42,430 bases of DNA from Campylobacterota bacterium (GTDB lineage Bacteria > Campylobacterota > Campylobacteria > Campylobacterales > Arcobacteraceae), in assembly GCA_051746405.1 (NCBI GenBank), contig JBNJFB010000018.1:1-42430 (forward strand). Reading direction: 5' to 3'. Shown piece by piece: positions 9,279-19,548 of the stretch. Both the position numbers and the translations under genes were made by a program. The notes under the pieces were generated by a model, which did not search any database, was not told where the DNA came from, and saw nothing but the letters and a program-made list of their open reading frames with translations. Position 1 is the stretch's first letter; every line of letters starts with the position of its first letter.

Positions 9279-11411
9279 ATGAAAAGCCTAATTATTAGGT
9301 TACTACTAATATTTACTCCCATAGTTTTAATAACTATTTTAACTATTGATGGACTTAAAAATAGTAAGCTTGAAAAAATAAAAGAGCAAAAAGTTTCAAG
9401 CTTACATAAAGAGTATAACTCAAGTTTAGAACAACTAAAAAAAACTTCAGATTTAATTTTCTTTAATAATTTATTATATGATAAAAAAATAGTTGATATC
9501 TATAAAAAGCTTAATAGCTCAAATAGCAACTCTTTGGGTTTTGAACTATTTAATCATGTAAAAAGTAGATATCACTACTTTAAATCTTATGGCTTAAAGC
9601 AAATAAAATTTTATGATATAAATAAAAATCTTTTTATACAAATGGAAGATTATAAAAAAAATCAAAAACAAAGTAATCAAAAACTTTTCATAAAAGATAA
9701 TAAAACAAAAGAGAATTTTGGATTAGAAGTGTCAAATAATAGTTTATCCATAAGTTTTATAAAACCTTTTTATGATAACCAACTAGTTCAGATTGGGTAT
9801 ATAAAACTAGAGTTTGAGCCAGCTTATTTATTGAATCATATTCAAAAAAATATTGATTTTAATACTATGCTTCTATTTAAAAGTAGTAAAGATAGCAAAA
9901 ATTTCAAAAAGTTTGATTTAAATAACGATTATCAATTTTTAGATAGTAGATTTAATAAAATAAGATATGATAAAAATCAACTTAAACAAATAGAAGATAA
10001 AGCAGAGTCTATAAAGTACACTATGAAGAAAAAAGGTGATTTAAGTTTTATCTATAAAAAAGATAGACAGTATAATATCTTAAACTTATCACTACTGCCT
10101 AATAAGCTTAAACAAAATGATAATTTCTATCTTTTTTCTTACAAAACTAATGATAATGAAATAAAAGATGTAATTTATGGATATTTTTACTCTATATCTT
10201 TTTTAATTGGTTTGTATATTATTATTTTTGCACTATTTTATTATTTGAACAAATATAAGAAAAAGTTGAATAATAAAATAGTAGAGCATAATTATTTATT
10301 AGATGCAATTGATGATTATGTTGTTTTAGTTGAAACAAACAAAAAAGGTATAATAACCTATGTAACTGAAGCATTTTGTGATATTTGTGGATATAGTAAA
10401 GAAGAGTTAGTAGGAAAGAATATAAATATTATAAGACATCCAGATGTATCTAAAAAGTTTTTTGAGAATCTTTGGAAAGAGCTATATAAAAATCATATGT
10501 GGGAAGGTGAAATCAAAAATATGGACAAATTTGGTAACTCCTATTGGGTTAAGGGTACAATTTTTCCAAAATATGATGAGAATAGAAAAATAAAAGGGTT
10601 TATGTCAATAAGAGTAAATACAACAGATGCTAAGCAGTTATCAAAAGTAAATAGACTTCTAAAAGAGGATTTATCTAATAAATTAACTGAAATTAAAATC
10701 AAAGATAAAGACTTAATTGATAATACAAAAGTTGCTTTAATGAGTAAAGTTTTAGATGCAGTTGCCCATCAATGGAAAAAACCTATATCAAATATATCTT
10801 TTGAGTTAGCTAATTTAAATGCAAGGGTTAAATCTTTGAGTAATAATCATGATTTAATGCAGATTCATAATAGCATAACAAAAGAGATGAAACTTTTATC
10901 TATGACTTTAAATGAGTTTAAGTCATTTTTCTCAAAAGATTCAAGTATGGATAGATTTAATCTATACCAAGCTACAAATGAAGCAATAGAGATGATAAAA
11001 GAAGAGATAAGAGATAGCAAGCTAACAATAAGCTTAAATACAAAAAAAGATGTGAATTGTTATGGGGTTTATAGTGAGTTTAAACATATAATGGTAAGTT
11101 TAATAAAAAACTCTATTGATGAGATTGATTACAGCAAGGTTAAAAATCCAGTTATTGATATCTCTTATATTCAAGATAATAGTGATATATTACTAAAATA
11201 TGAAGATAATATTCAAGTTTTAGAAAACAATATATTAGATGATGTTTTTGAAAAAGATTTTGATACAAACAAAGAGAGAGGTTTAAATCTATATATCGCA
11301 AAACTTTTAATAGAAAAAACAGGTGCATCAGTTTGGCATGAAACAGTTAATAAAAATGCTACAATTTATATCAAGCTGATTTCAAAAGATAGAAGAAAGG
11401 GATTAAGGTAA
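9279..11411 (+). CDS. Membrane PAS-domain histidine kinase-like protein with degenerate ATPase domain
   Basis: Two TMs, PAS (GYSKEELVGKNINIIRHPD...YWVKG), H-box AHQWKKP; G1/F/G2 boxes degenerate. Confidence 0.82.
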   Translation: MKSLIIRLLLIFTPIVLITILTIDGLKNSKLEKIKEQKVSSLHKEYNSSLEQLKKTSDLIFFNNLLYDKKIVDIYKKLNSSNSNSLGFELFNHVKSRYHYFKSYGLKQIKFYDINKNLFIQMEDYKKNQKQSNQKLFIKDNKTKENFGLEVSNNSLSISFIKPFYDNQLVQIGYIKLEFEPAYLLNHIQKNIDFNTMLLFKSSKDSKNFKKFDLNNDYQFLDSRFNKIRYDKNQLKQIEDKAESIKYTMKKKGDLSFIYKKDRQYNILNLSLLPNKLKQNDNFYLFSYKTNDNEIKDVIYGYFYSISFLIGLYIIIFALFYYLNKYKKKLNNKIVEHNYLLDAIDDYVVLVETNKKGIITYVTEAFCDICGYSKEELVGKNINIIRHPDVSKKFFENLWKELYKNHMWEGEIKNMDKFGNSYWVKGTIFPKYDENRKIKGFMSIRVNTTDAKQLSKVNRLLKEDLSNKLTEIKIKDKDLIDNTKVALMSKVLDAVAHQWKKPISNISFELANLNARVKSLSNNHDLMQIHNSITKEMKLLSMTLNEFKSFFSKDSSMDRFNLYQATNEAIEMIKEEIRDSKLTISLNTKKDVNCYGVYSEFKHIMVSLIKNSIDEIDYSKVKNPVIDISYIQDNSDILLKYEDNIQVLENNILDDVFEKDFDTNKERGLNLYIAKLLIEKTGASVWHETVNKNATIYIKLISKDRRKGLR

Positions 11412-11415
11412 AGTT

Positions 11416-13983
11416 GTGAAACAAAGCTTTTATATAAAACTCTTTTTAAATTTTATATTTTTCTCTACTATAATACTTCTTTTTGCATTTTTCTCTTTTG
11501 AAAAATTCTATAAAGATGAGATTTTAATAAATAGTGTTGATGAAAATTTTGAATTAGTTCTTAAAAAACAAGATGAGATGACAAATCTTATACAAAGCAA
11601 TACTAATCAAATTAAAAGAATAAAAAACAGTAAAGCTTTAAAGGTATATGAACAAACAAAACAACAAAAACTTTTAGTTGAGCTTTTTGATACACTAGCA
11701 TCATCAAACCAAAGCCTACTTAGTTTGCAATATATAGATAAAAATGCAATTGAAAAAATAAGAATCAAAAATAGTGATAATCAAATTAGATTAGTACAAG
11801 ATTATAAACTTAGCCGTTTTTCTAATAAAGATATAGTATCAAAAGTAATAGATTTATCTTCAAATGAAGTTTATGTATCAACTGTTTTAATAAATAAAGA
11901 GGATGAAGCAATTGCTTTTCCAGTGAAGAGTATTATAAAGTTTGCATTGAAAACACAAGATGGTTTTTTGATTTTAACTGTTGATATTAATAGTTATATA
12001 AAAAACTTTCAAAATAGAGCAAAGGGTGATTTATATATATTAGATGAAAGTGGAAACTTTATTATACATAAAAATAGTAAATATAACTGGTCTAAATTTT
12101 TTAGTCCAAATAAAGAGTTACAAACTAGTGTTTTCTCAAAATATAGTAACTCTATATTAAGATTAGAAGAGTTTTCAAATGATTTACTTGTATCAAAAAG
12201 GTTATACCTAAATAACTCTAATTATATCAATATTTTAATTGAATTAAATCAAACAAGTATAACTAACGCCTCAAAAAGGTTTGATAGCTATTTTAAATCA
12301 ATTATTATAATAGGAGTAGTAATTGCACTTATATTAACAATTATATTTATAGAACCAATTGCAAAAGCAAATAAGAAAATTGTTGAAAAGAATAAAGATT
12401 TAGACTTAAATGCTAAGAAAAGCTCTCAAGAGTTAAATGAAAACCTAAATATTGTTGATAAGCATGTAATATATATTAAAACAGATATAAATGAAGCTAT
12501 AACAGATGTTAGTTCTGCATTTTGTGATATAACTGGTTTTTCAAAGGGTGAGATAATAGGTCATCCCCATAAAATTCTACTTCATCCTGATACAACAAAT
12601 GAAGAGTATAATGAGATTTGGGAACATTTAATGAAAGGAAATCAACATAGTGTTGAGCTTAAGTGTCTTAAAAAAGATGGAACCTACTTTTGGTCTGAAT
12701 CTTTTATTGAACCAAACTTTAATGAGGATAATGAAGTAGTTGGGTTTACAACTATTAGAAATAATATTACAGATAAAAAAACAATTCAAACTCTTTATAA
12801 TGATTTAAATATACAAGTTAGTCAATATAATACAATATTTGAGAATGTGGATAGTGGTATTGCATTAGTTGATTTAAAAGGTAATTTTAAAAAGATAAAT
12901 AGAGTATTTAGTAGTTTTTTAGAGTATAAACAAAATGAGTTATTATCAATGAGTTGTTATGATGTGATAATCGAAACTTCAAAGGAAATAGTAAAAAAAC
13001 TCTTTGAAGAGACTTACCAAATAGGCTCTATTAAAAAAATAGAGAAAATTTTTGTAAGTAAAAGTAATGAAGAGGTTCATCTTGAACTGTCATTAAGTCT
13101 TCTACCTGATAAAAAGCATATTGTTGTAGTTGTAAATTCACTTCGTGATAAAAGGGAACTACAACTATTAAATCAAAACTTAGAGAATAAAATTGCAAAA
13201 GAGGTTGAAAAGAGTAGACAAAAAGATAGGATTCATCAAGAAGAGCAATTAAAAAATGCAAAGCTATCTTCAATAGGTGCATTAGCTGCTGGAATTACCC
13301 ATGAAATTAATACACCATTGACTTATATAAAAGGTAACTTTGAAATGATGGGTTATGATATTGATGATTTACCACAAAGTGATATAAAAACAAGAATGCA
13401 AGAAGATAGTATAAAAATAAATGAAGGAATAAATAGAATTGCAAATATAGTAGAGTCAATGAGAGAGATTTCACAAAGTTCAAGTGAAACAAAAGAGGAA
13501 GTTAACTTGTACTCTACTTTAGTTACAGCACTTACTATGGCATATAATAGATCAAAGCAAATATGTAAAATCTATCTTCAAGGTAATGAGTTTAGTATTG
13601 ATAGAGTTGATAAACATGAGTATAAGTATGTAACAATGGTTCAAAAGCAAAGAGTAGAACAGGTTTGGATTATAATAATAAATAATGCATTAGATGAATT
13701 AATAAAAATTGATGATTATAATAATAGAGAGTTAAAAATTGATATTGTTGAAGATGAACAGAGATATTTTGTTAAGTTTAAAGATAATGCAGGTGGAATT
13801 AGTAATAATATTTTAACTAATATTTTTGACCCATTTATATCATCAAAAGAGCATAGTGGAATGGGTGTTGGATTAAACATAGCAAAAAGAATTATTGAGC
13901 AACAAAAAGGTGAAATTAAAGCATATAATGAAAAAAATGGAGCTGTTTTTGAAGTAGTTTTGCAAAAGCATGAAAGTAGCTAG
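11416..13983 (+). CDS. Cache + two-PAS sensor histidine kinase (NtrB-like)
   Basis: GTG start; two TMs, Cache-like YILDESGNFIIH, two PAS domains, H-box GITHEINTPL, DNAGGI, IFDPF, GMGVGL. Confidence 0.9.
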   Translation: MKQSFYIKLFLNFIFFSTIILLFAFFSFEKFYKDEILINSVDENFELVLKKQDEMTNLIQSNTNQIKRIKNSKALKVYEQTKQQKLLVELFDTLASSNQSLLSLQYIDKNAIEKIRIKNSDNQIRLVQDYKLSRFSNKDIVSKVIDLSSNEVYVSTVLINKEDEAIAFPVKSIIKFALKTQDGFLILTVDINSYIKNFQNRAKGDLYILDESGNFIIHKNSKYNWSKFFSPNKELQTSVFSKYSNSILRLEEFSNDLLVSKRLYLNNSNYINILIELNQTSITNASKRFDSYFKSIIIIGVVIALILTIIFIEPIAKANKKIVEKNKDLDLNAKKSSQELNENLNIVDKHVIYIKTDINEAITDVSSAFCDITGFSKGEIIGHPHKILLHPDTTNEEYNEIWEHLMKGNQHSVELKCLKKDGTYFWSESFIEPNFNEDNEVVGFTTIRNNITDKKTIQTLYNDLNIQVSQYNTIFENVDSGIALVDLKGNFKKINRVFSSFLEYKQNELLSMSCYDVIIETSKEIVKKLFEETYQIGSIKKIEKIFVSKSNEEVHLELSLSLLPDKKHIVVVVNSLRDKRELQLLNQNLENKIAKEVEKSRQKDRIHQEEQLKNAKLSSIGALAAGITHEINTPLTYIKGNFEMMGYDIDDLPQSDIKTRMQEDSIKINEGINRIANIVESMREISQSSSETKEEVNLYSTLVTALTMAYNRSKQICKIYLQGNEFSIDRVDKHEYKYVTMVQKQRVEQVWIIIINNALDELIKIDDYNNRELKIDIVEDEQRYFVKFKDNAGGISNNILTNIFDPFISSKEHSGMGVGLNIAKRIIEQQKGEIKAYNEKNGAVFEVVLQKHESS

Positions 13984-14042
13984 CTTTAAAGTAATTACTA
14001 ATAGTTCTTATAGAATTTATTTATAAAAAAAGAAGGAAAGTT

Positions 14043-14870
14043 TTGAAAATAGCATTTATAGGTGATATAGTAGGAAGACCTGGACGAAGAATCATAAAAG
14101 AAAACTTACAAAAAATAAGAAATGAATATGGTATTGATTTTGTTATAGCAAATGGTGAAAATGCTAGTCATGGGTTTGGACTTACAACAAAAAACTGTAC
14201 AGAACTTCTAAAAGCTGGAATTGATGTCATCACAGGAGGAAATCACTCTTTTGATAAAAAAAAGGATATGTTTGCACTACTTGAGACAAATGAAGTCTTA
14301 AGACCTGATAACTATCCAAAGGGATTAGTAGGTAGTGGTATTAAAGTTTATGAAGTTAAAAAACTTGATGAAACTATTGAAAAATTAGCTGTTATAAACT
14401 TAATGGGACAGTTTACTATGCCAACTGTTGAAAACCCTTTTAATTGGGCTGTAAAATTAGTGGAAGATTTAAAAAATGATGGGATTAAAAATATATTTAT
14501 CGATTTTCATGCTGAGGCTACAAGTGAAAAAAGAGTACTTTTAATGATGCTAAAAAATCAAGTAAGTGCTATTTGTGGTACTCATACACATATAGGAACA
14601 GATGATTTACAAGTGGTTGATAATTGTGCTTATGTAACTGATGTGGGCTTAACAGGATGTAGAGATAATGTAATAGGTATGGAAAGCAAAGTACCAATTC
14701 AAAAGGCCACAACAGGAATTGGTGGGCATTTTGAAGTACCAAACTCTTGTAAGTCTATTTTGCAAATGATAGTTATAAATTTAGAAGATGGAAAAACAAA
14801 AGAGTGTTTTAAGTTAAAAAAACTATGCGATAAAAGTGAATATATAATTACAAAGGCTATTTTTGATTAG
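14043..14870 (+). CDS. YmdB/TIGR00282 family metallophosphoesterase
   Basis: GDIVGRPGR, NGENASHG, TGGNH, DFHAEATSEK, GTHTH, TDVG. Confidence 0.93.
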   Translation: MKIAFIGDIVGRPGRRIIKENLQKIRNEYGIDFVIANGENASHGFGLTTKNCTELLKAGIDVITGGNHSFDKKKDMFALLETNEVLRPDNYPKGLVGSGIKVYEVKKLDETIEKLAVINLMGQFTMPTVENPFNWAVKLVEDLKNDGIKNIFIDFHAEATSEKRVLLMMLKNQVSAICGTHTHIGTDDLQVVDNCAYVTDVGLTGCRDNVIGMESKVPIQKATTGIGGHFEVPNSCKSILQMIVINLEDGKTKECFKLKKLCDKSEYIITKAIFD

Positions 14871-15492
14871 TATTAATAACTCTTATGATTTATTGGAATT
14901 TTTAAAAAAACAGGATTTATTAAAAAACTCACCAAAATATTGGTGGCCCTCACAAAATGATATAGAGATACTTTTAGGAGCTATTTTAACTCAAAATACA
15001 AGATGGCAAAATGTTGAGAAATCCCTTGAAAATTTAAAAGAATTTGAATTATTAAATTTAGAAAAAATTTCAGTTTGCGATATTGATATATTAATAAAAG
15101 CGATTACTCCAAGTGGGTTTAAAAACCAAAAATCCAAAAGAATAAAGCAACTAAGTAAAAATATTTTAGATGAGTTTTATGATATAGAAAACTTTAAAAA
15201 GAGTGTTTCTAAACAATGGCTTTTAGAGCAAAAAGGAATTGGTCTAGAAACTGCTGATGCAATTTTATGCTATATGTGCAAACGAGAGTTTATGGTTGTT
15301 GATTCATATACAAATAGACTTCTTAAAAAGTTTGGATATGAGTTTGAATCTTATGAAGATTTACAAGCTTGGTGTGAATATGGAATTAATGAAAATTACG
15401 ATAAAATATCTAAGCTTTATGGCTATGAAATCTCACTAAATGAGTTATATTGTAGGTTTCATGGTAAAATTGTTGAGTATATGAAACGCTAA
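14863..15492 (+). CDS. HhH-GPD DNA glycosylase (3-methyladenine glycosylase / endonuclease III-related)
   Basis: GAILTQNTRWQNVEK, SGFKNQK, KGIGLETADAIL, VVDSYTNR. Confidence 0.88.
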   Translation: MISINNSYDLLEFLKKQDLLKNSPKYWWPSQNDIEILLGAILTQNTRWQNVEKSLENLKEFELLNLEKISVCDIDILIKAITPSGFKNQKSKRIKQLSKNILDEFYDIENFKKSVSKQWLLEQKGIGLETADAILCYMCKREFMVVDSYTNRLLKKFGYEFESYEDLQAWCEYGINENYDKISKLYGYEISLNELYCRFHGKIVEYMKR

Positions 15493-15507
15493 TTGAAGGG
15501 TTGATTA

Positions 15508-16299
15508 ATGATAATAATTCCACAAACAAAAGGTGGCGTAGGTAAATCTACAGTTGCTATGCAAGTTATTGCACCATATTTATATAAAAAACATGGTAAA
15601 AAAGTAACATATATAGAAGTAGATGATGAAAATAATGATAGCAGGTCTTTTACTAGAACAGAGATTGTTAATAAAAAAATGTTAAGAACCAATAAACTAG
15701 ATGAACTAGATGAGATGATTTTAATGGATGATAATCATGAAGTTATAGTTGATGTTGGAGGAAATAAAACCTCTTCATTAGTTTTAGATGAGATTAAAAA
15801 AGTTGGTTCATTTGGAAATATAAAGTGGCTAATTCCCTTAGGTGATGGGGAGCTTGATGGTAAAAATGCAATTGCTACAATGAAAAAGATAAAAAAAATC
15901 GAAAGAAACTCCCAGGATAATATGTTTTTTGCATTAAACAGAGCTATATCTATGGAAGAAGACTATTTTCAAGAGCAGTTTATTAACTTCTTTGGACATA
16001 AATATCTAGAGTCAAACTCTGTAATTTGTGATTTTGTAAAAGACCCTAGATATTTTCCTGTGAAAAATGACAAAGTAATTACTATGAGTAGATATCTTGG
16101 CTCTACTGTTTGGGAAATGGCTTACAATAATACTGATTTTGGTCAAAAAGCAATAAAAGCAAAAGAGTTAGGTGATATTGAAAGTGCTAGAAAATATCTA
16201 TTTTTTAGAAGAATACAAACAGAAGCTAAAGATTACGTAATAACAGTATTAAACAGAATTTTTTGTGATTTAGATAGATGGATAGATATTAAAAAATGA
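15508..16299 (+). CDS. ParA/MinD-superfamily P-loop ATPase of unknown role (StbB-like)
   Basis: Deviant Walker A TKGGVGKST at the extreme N-terminus, IEVDDEN, VIVDVGG, FALNR. Confidence 0.8.
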   Translation: MIIIPQTKGGVGKSTVAMQVIAPYLYKKHGKKVTYIEVDDENNDSRSFTRTEIVNKKMLRTNKLDELDEMILMDDNHEVIVDVGGNKTSSLVLDEIKKVGSFGNIKWLIPLGDGELDGKNAIATMKKIKKIERNSQDNMFFALNRAISMEEDYFQEQFINFFGHKYLESNSVICDFVKDPRYFPVKNDKVITMSRYLGSTVWEMAYNNTDFGQKAIKAKELGDIESARKYLFFRRIQTEAKDYVITVLNRIFCDLDRWIDIKK

Positions 16300-16565
16300 G
16301 TGATATGAGTTTTAAACAAGCCAAAGAGCTTGTGGAACGAATGGAGTTTTCAGAAATTGCACTAAGACGTGCAAGTAAAAACTTAGAGAAGTCATCAACA
16401 CTATTTGATAAAACTACTAAGAATTTTGAGAAAACTTTAATACACCAAGAAGAGATTGTAACTAAAATCCCAAAGTCTGATAAAAAAATATCTTATCTAT
16501 ATTTAGCATTAGCTATTAATATAGGTTTTATTTTGGGACTTTTAGTTGGACGATTAGTTTTTTAA
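16296..16565 (+). CDS. Small coiled-coil protein with C-terminal membrane anchor
   Basis: ATGA overlap with the ATPase gene; helical N-terminus; hydrophobic C-terminus YLYLALAINIGFILGLLVG. Confidence 0.75.
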   Translation: MSDMSFKQAKELVERMEFSEIALRRASKNLEKSSTLFDKTTKNFEKTLIHQEEIVTKIPKSDKKISYLYLALAINIGFILGLLVGRLVF

Positions 16566-16592
16566 AAAGATTTGAATAAGGTATAAAATAAA

Positions 16593-17306
16593 ATGGAAAA
16601 ACAAGAAAAAATTGTTTCAATGTTCAATGATATTTCCAGTAAATATGATATAGCAAATAGAGTTTTATCAATGGGAATTGATAAATCATGGAGAAATAAA
16701 GCGTGTAATAAAACATTTGAACTATATAATAAGAAAAATATAGAAAAGATTGTAGATGTTGCTTGTGGTACAGGTGATATGATTGATTTTTGGAAAAAAA
16801 CAGCAAAGCAGAACAGCATTGAGTTAAAAGAGATAGTTGGTATTGACCCAAGTGTTGGAATGATGGATGTGGCAAGGCAGAAGTTTCCAAGTGTTGAGTT
16901 TATTGAAGCAGGTGCTGCTAGTATGCCACTTGAATCCAGTAGTGCAGATATTATCTCTATTTCCTATGGAATTAGAAATGTTGTTCAAAGACAAGAGGCT
17001 TTTGATGAGTTTGCAAGGGTTCTTAAAAAAGATGGATTAGTAGTTATTTCAGAGTTTACAAAAAATGAAAAAAGAAATCCTATTGATTATATGACTGACT
17101 TTTATATGAATAAAATTTTGCCAACTTTAGGCGGGCTAATAACAAAAAACAAAGAAGCATATACATATCTTCCTAACTCTATTGATGAGTTTTTAACTAC
17201 TGATAACTTATGTGTAGAGCTTAAAAAAGCAAATTTAGAACCAATTCATGTAAAAGCATTTTCTATGAATATTTCAACATTAATTATTGCAAGAAAAATT
17301 AAGTAA
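16593..17306 (+). CDS. ubiE: Demethylmenaquinone/ubiquinone methyltransferase UbiE/MenG
   Basis: MFNDISSKYDIANRVLSMG, DVACGTGD, SYGIRNV, RVLKKDG, AYTYLPNSI. Confidence 0.93.
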   Translation: MEKQEKIVSMFNDISSKYDIANRVLSMGIDKSWRNKACNKTFELYNKKNIEKIVDVACGTGDMIDFWKKTAKQNSIELKEIVGIDPSVGMMDVARQKFPSVEFIEAGAASMPLESSSADIISISYGIRNVVQRQEAFDEFARVLKKDGLVVISEFTKNEKRNPIDYMTDFYMNKILPTLGGLITKNKEAYTYLPNSIDEFLTTDNLCVELKKANLEPIHVKAFSMNISTLIIARKIK

Positions 17307-17315
17307 GGATACTAT

Positions 17316-18569
17316 TTGAATACTCCTGTAAGTGTCACATCATTAACTGCTCAAATTAAATCTTTACTTGAAACTACCTTTGTTCAAGTTTATGTTGAAG
17401 GTGAGATTTCAAATCTAACTTATCATAGATCAGGACATATATATTTTTCAATAAAAGATGAAAGTAGTAATTTATCTTGTGTAATGTTTAAAGGAAATGC
17501 AAAATATTTAAAATTTCAATTAGAGGTTGGGCAAAAAATAGTTATTACAGGAAATCTTACAGTTTATGCTCCAAGGGGTAATTACCAGCTTTTATGTAAT
17601 AAAATTGAACCATCAGGACAAGGAACATTAGCATTAGCTTTTGAGCAACTAAAAGAGAAGTTAGAACAAAAAGGATACTTTAAAAGTGAGATTAAAAAAC
17701 CTTTGCCAAGGTATCCAAAAAAAATAGGATTAATTACTTCAAGTACAGGAGCAGCTATTGAAGATATGAAAAAAGTAGCAGCCCATAGGTGGCCTTTAGT
17801 TGAGTTTACAATTATTCCCACACTTGTGCAAGGTACTGAAGCAAAGTATGATATTGCCAGTTCGATAAAATTTGCAGATATGCAAGATTTTGATTTACTA
17901 ATTGTTGGAAGAGGTGGAGGAAGTATTGAAGATTTGTGGGCTTTTAATGAAGAGATAGTAGCAAATGCAATATATGAAGCTAAAACGCCTATTATTTCAG
18001 CAGTTGGGCATGAGGTTGATTATATGATATCTGATTTTGTAGCTGATATAAGAGCAGCAACTCCTTCAAATGCTATAGAAATAGCACTACCTGATATAAA
18101 TGAGCATAGAGTTTATATAGATTCATTACAGAGTGATTATGAGCGTAGATTATCAAAGGTATTGGATTTTAAGCAGCAAGTCTTAGCAAACTTAAAAAAT
18201 CTATTTGAACAAAACTCTTTAAATAGTAAATTTAGTCATATAAACTCTGAAATCAAGCTTTTAAAATCCTCTTATGATACATTATTGGCTCAAAAGATAT
18301 CAAAAGAAGAGAATAGTATAGAGTTTTATAAAACAAGTTTAGTCTCAAAATATGAGAGTTATTTGATAAATACACAAAATAAGTTAGATGTTTTGAAAAG
18401 TAGTTATAGTCAAAATCATCCCAAAAACAAAGATAAAAAAGGTTTTGTACAAATTACAAAAAATAATAGAGTTGAAGCTTTAGAGAGTTTAACAAAAGGT
18501 GATGAAATAAAGTTACAAACACCTAGTTATATTGCAACATGTACGGTTAAAGAGCTTCAAAAACAATAA
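17316..18569 (+). CDS. xseA: Exodeoxyribonuclease VII large subunit
   Basis: VEGEISN, SGHIYFSIKD, GRGGGSIEDLWAFN, SAVGHEVD, RAATPS. Confidence 0.96.
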   Translation: MNTPVSVTSLTAQIKSLLETTFVQVYVEGEISNLTYHRSGHIYFSIKDESSNLSCVMFKGNAKYLKFQLEVGQKIVITGNLTVYAPRGNYQLLCNKIEPSGQGTLALAFEQLKEKLEQKGYFKSEIKKPLPRYPKKIGLITSSTGAAIEDMKKVAAHRWPLVEFTIIPTLVQGTEAKYDIASSIKFADMQDFDLLIVGRGGGSIEDLWAFNEEIVANAIYEAKTPIISAVGHEVDYMISDFVADIRAATPSNAIEIALPDINEHRVYIDSLQSDYERRLSKVLDFKQQVLANLKNLFEQNSLNSKFSHINSEIKLLKSSYDTLLAQKISKEENSIEFYKTSLVSKYESYLINTQNKLDVLKSSYSQNHPKNKDKKGFVQITKNNRVEALESLTKGDEIKLQTPSYIATCTVKELQKQ

Positions 18570-18644
18570 AATTTAAGTTTTAAATAGATAAAATAAAATA
18601 AAATTCTAATATAATAAAATCTCTTAATTAAAGGAAAGTTAGTA

Positions 18645-19130
18645 ATGGAAACTAATGAAGAAGAATATGATGTAATAAATTATAGTAACGCAAGTGAGTT
18701 TATGACTTTTGAGCTTGGTGCTATGAAGTATGCTATTGAGTTACCTAAGATTAGGGAAATATTAACTTACCCTGATAATATCACTACTTTACCTAATACA
18801 TCTAAGTGGGTTAAGGGATTGATAAACTTAAGAGGTGAAGTTGTACCTATTTTAGATATTAGAATAAAATTCAATACAAGCAAAACTGTATATGATGAGA
18901 ATACTTCAGTAATTGCAGTTATAACAGAAGATAGTCGAATGATTGGTATAGTTGTTGATTTAGTTGATGATGTACAAAGATTAGATACAACTACATTAGC
19001 TCCTGTATCTGAAATGGGTTCAGCTATTCCTGCTAAGTATCTAAAAGGTTATGTAAGATTAGACAATAATGAAATGTTAGTAATAATGGATATTGAAAAA
19101 GTTGTTTCAAAAGAAGAGTTAGCAGAGTAG
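18645..19130 (+). CDS. cheW: Chemotaxis coupling protein CheW
   Basis: GLINLRGEVVPILD, GIVVDLV. Confidence 0.93.
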   Translation: METNEEEYDVINYSNASEFMTFELGAMKYAIELPKIREILTYPDNITTLPNTSKWVKGLINLRGEVVPILDIRIKFNTSKTVYDENTSVIAVITEDSRMIGIVVDLVDDVQRLDTTTLAPVSEMGSAIPAKYLKGYVRLDNNEMLVIMDIEKVVSKEELAE

Positions 19131-19133
19131 TCT

Positions 19134-19529
19134 ATGGAAGAAAAGATTCAAAAGCTAAGAGACTTAAAAATTCTATTTGTTGAAGATGAAGATGATTTAC
19201 TTTCAATAATAACAGAGGCTCTTAGGAAACTACAAGCAAACTATATAACTGCAAAAGACGGAAAAGAGGGCTTAGAAATAGTAAAAAATGACCCTGATAT
19301 AGATGTGGTAGTAACAGATATTAATATGCCAAATATGAATGGTCTTGAAATGATAGAAAATATTCAAAAAATAAGAAAAGATATTCCATTTATTATTATG
19401 ACTGCTCATACTGAAACAGAGTATATCTCCCAAGCAAAAGAGTTAGGAGTTGAAGACTATTTGCTAAAACCTTTTGATTTTATCAACTTTATAGAGTTGA
19501 TAACTGATATAGATTTAAACTATAATTAG
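19134..19529 (+). CDS. Single-domain response regulator (REC only)
   Basis: VEDE, TDINMPNMNG, MTAH, YLLKP. Confidence 0.9.
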   Translation: MEEKIQKLRDLKILFVEDEDDLLSIITEALRKLQANYITAKDGKEGLEIVKNDPDIDVVVTDINMPNMNGLEMIENIQKIRKDIPFIIMTAHTETEYISQAKELGVEDYLLKPFDFINFIELITDIDLNYN

Positions 19530-19548
19530 AAGTAAAAACTTCTAATTA
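19523..19548. terminator. Bidirectional hairpin between convergent genes
   Basis: TAATTAGAAGT-AAAA-ACTTCTAATTA, 11-bp perfect stem spanning both stop codons. Confidence 0.65.
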
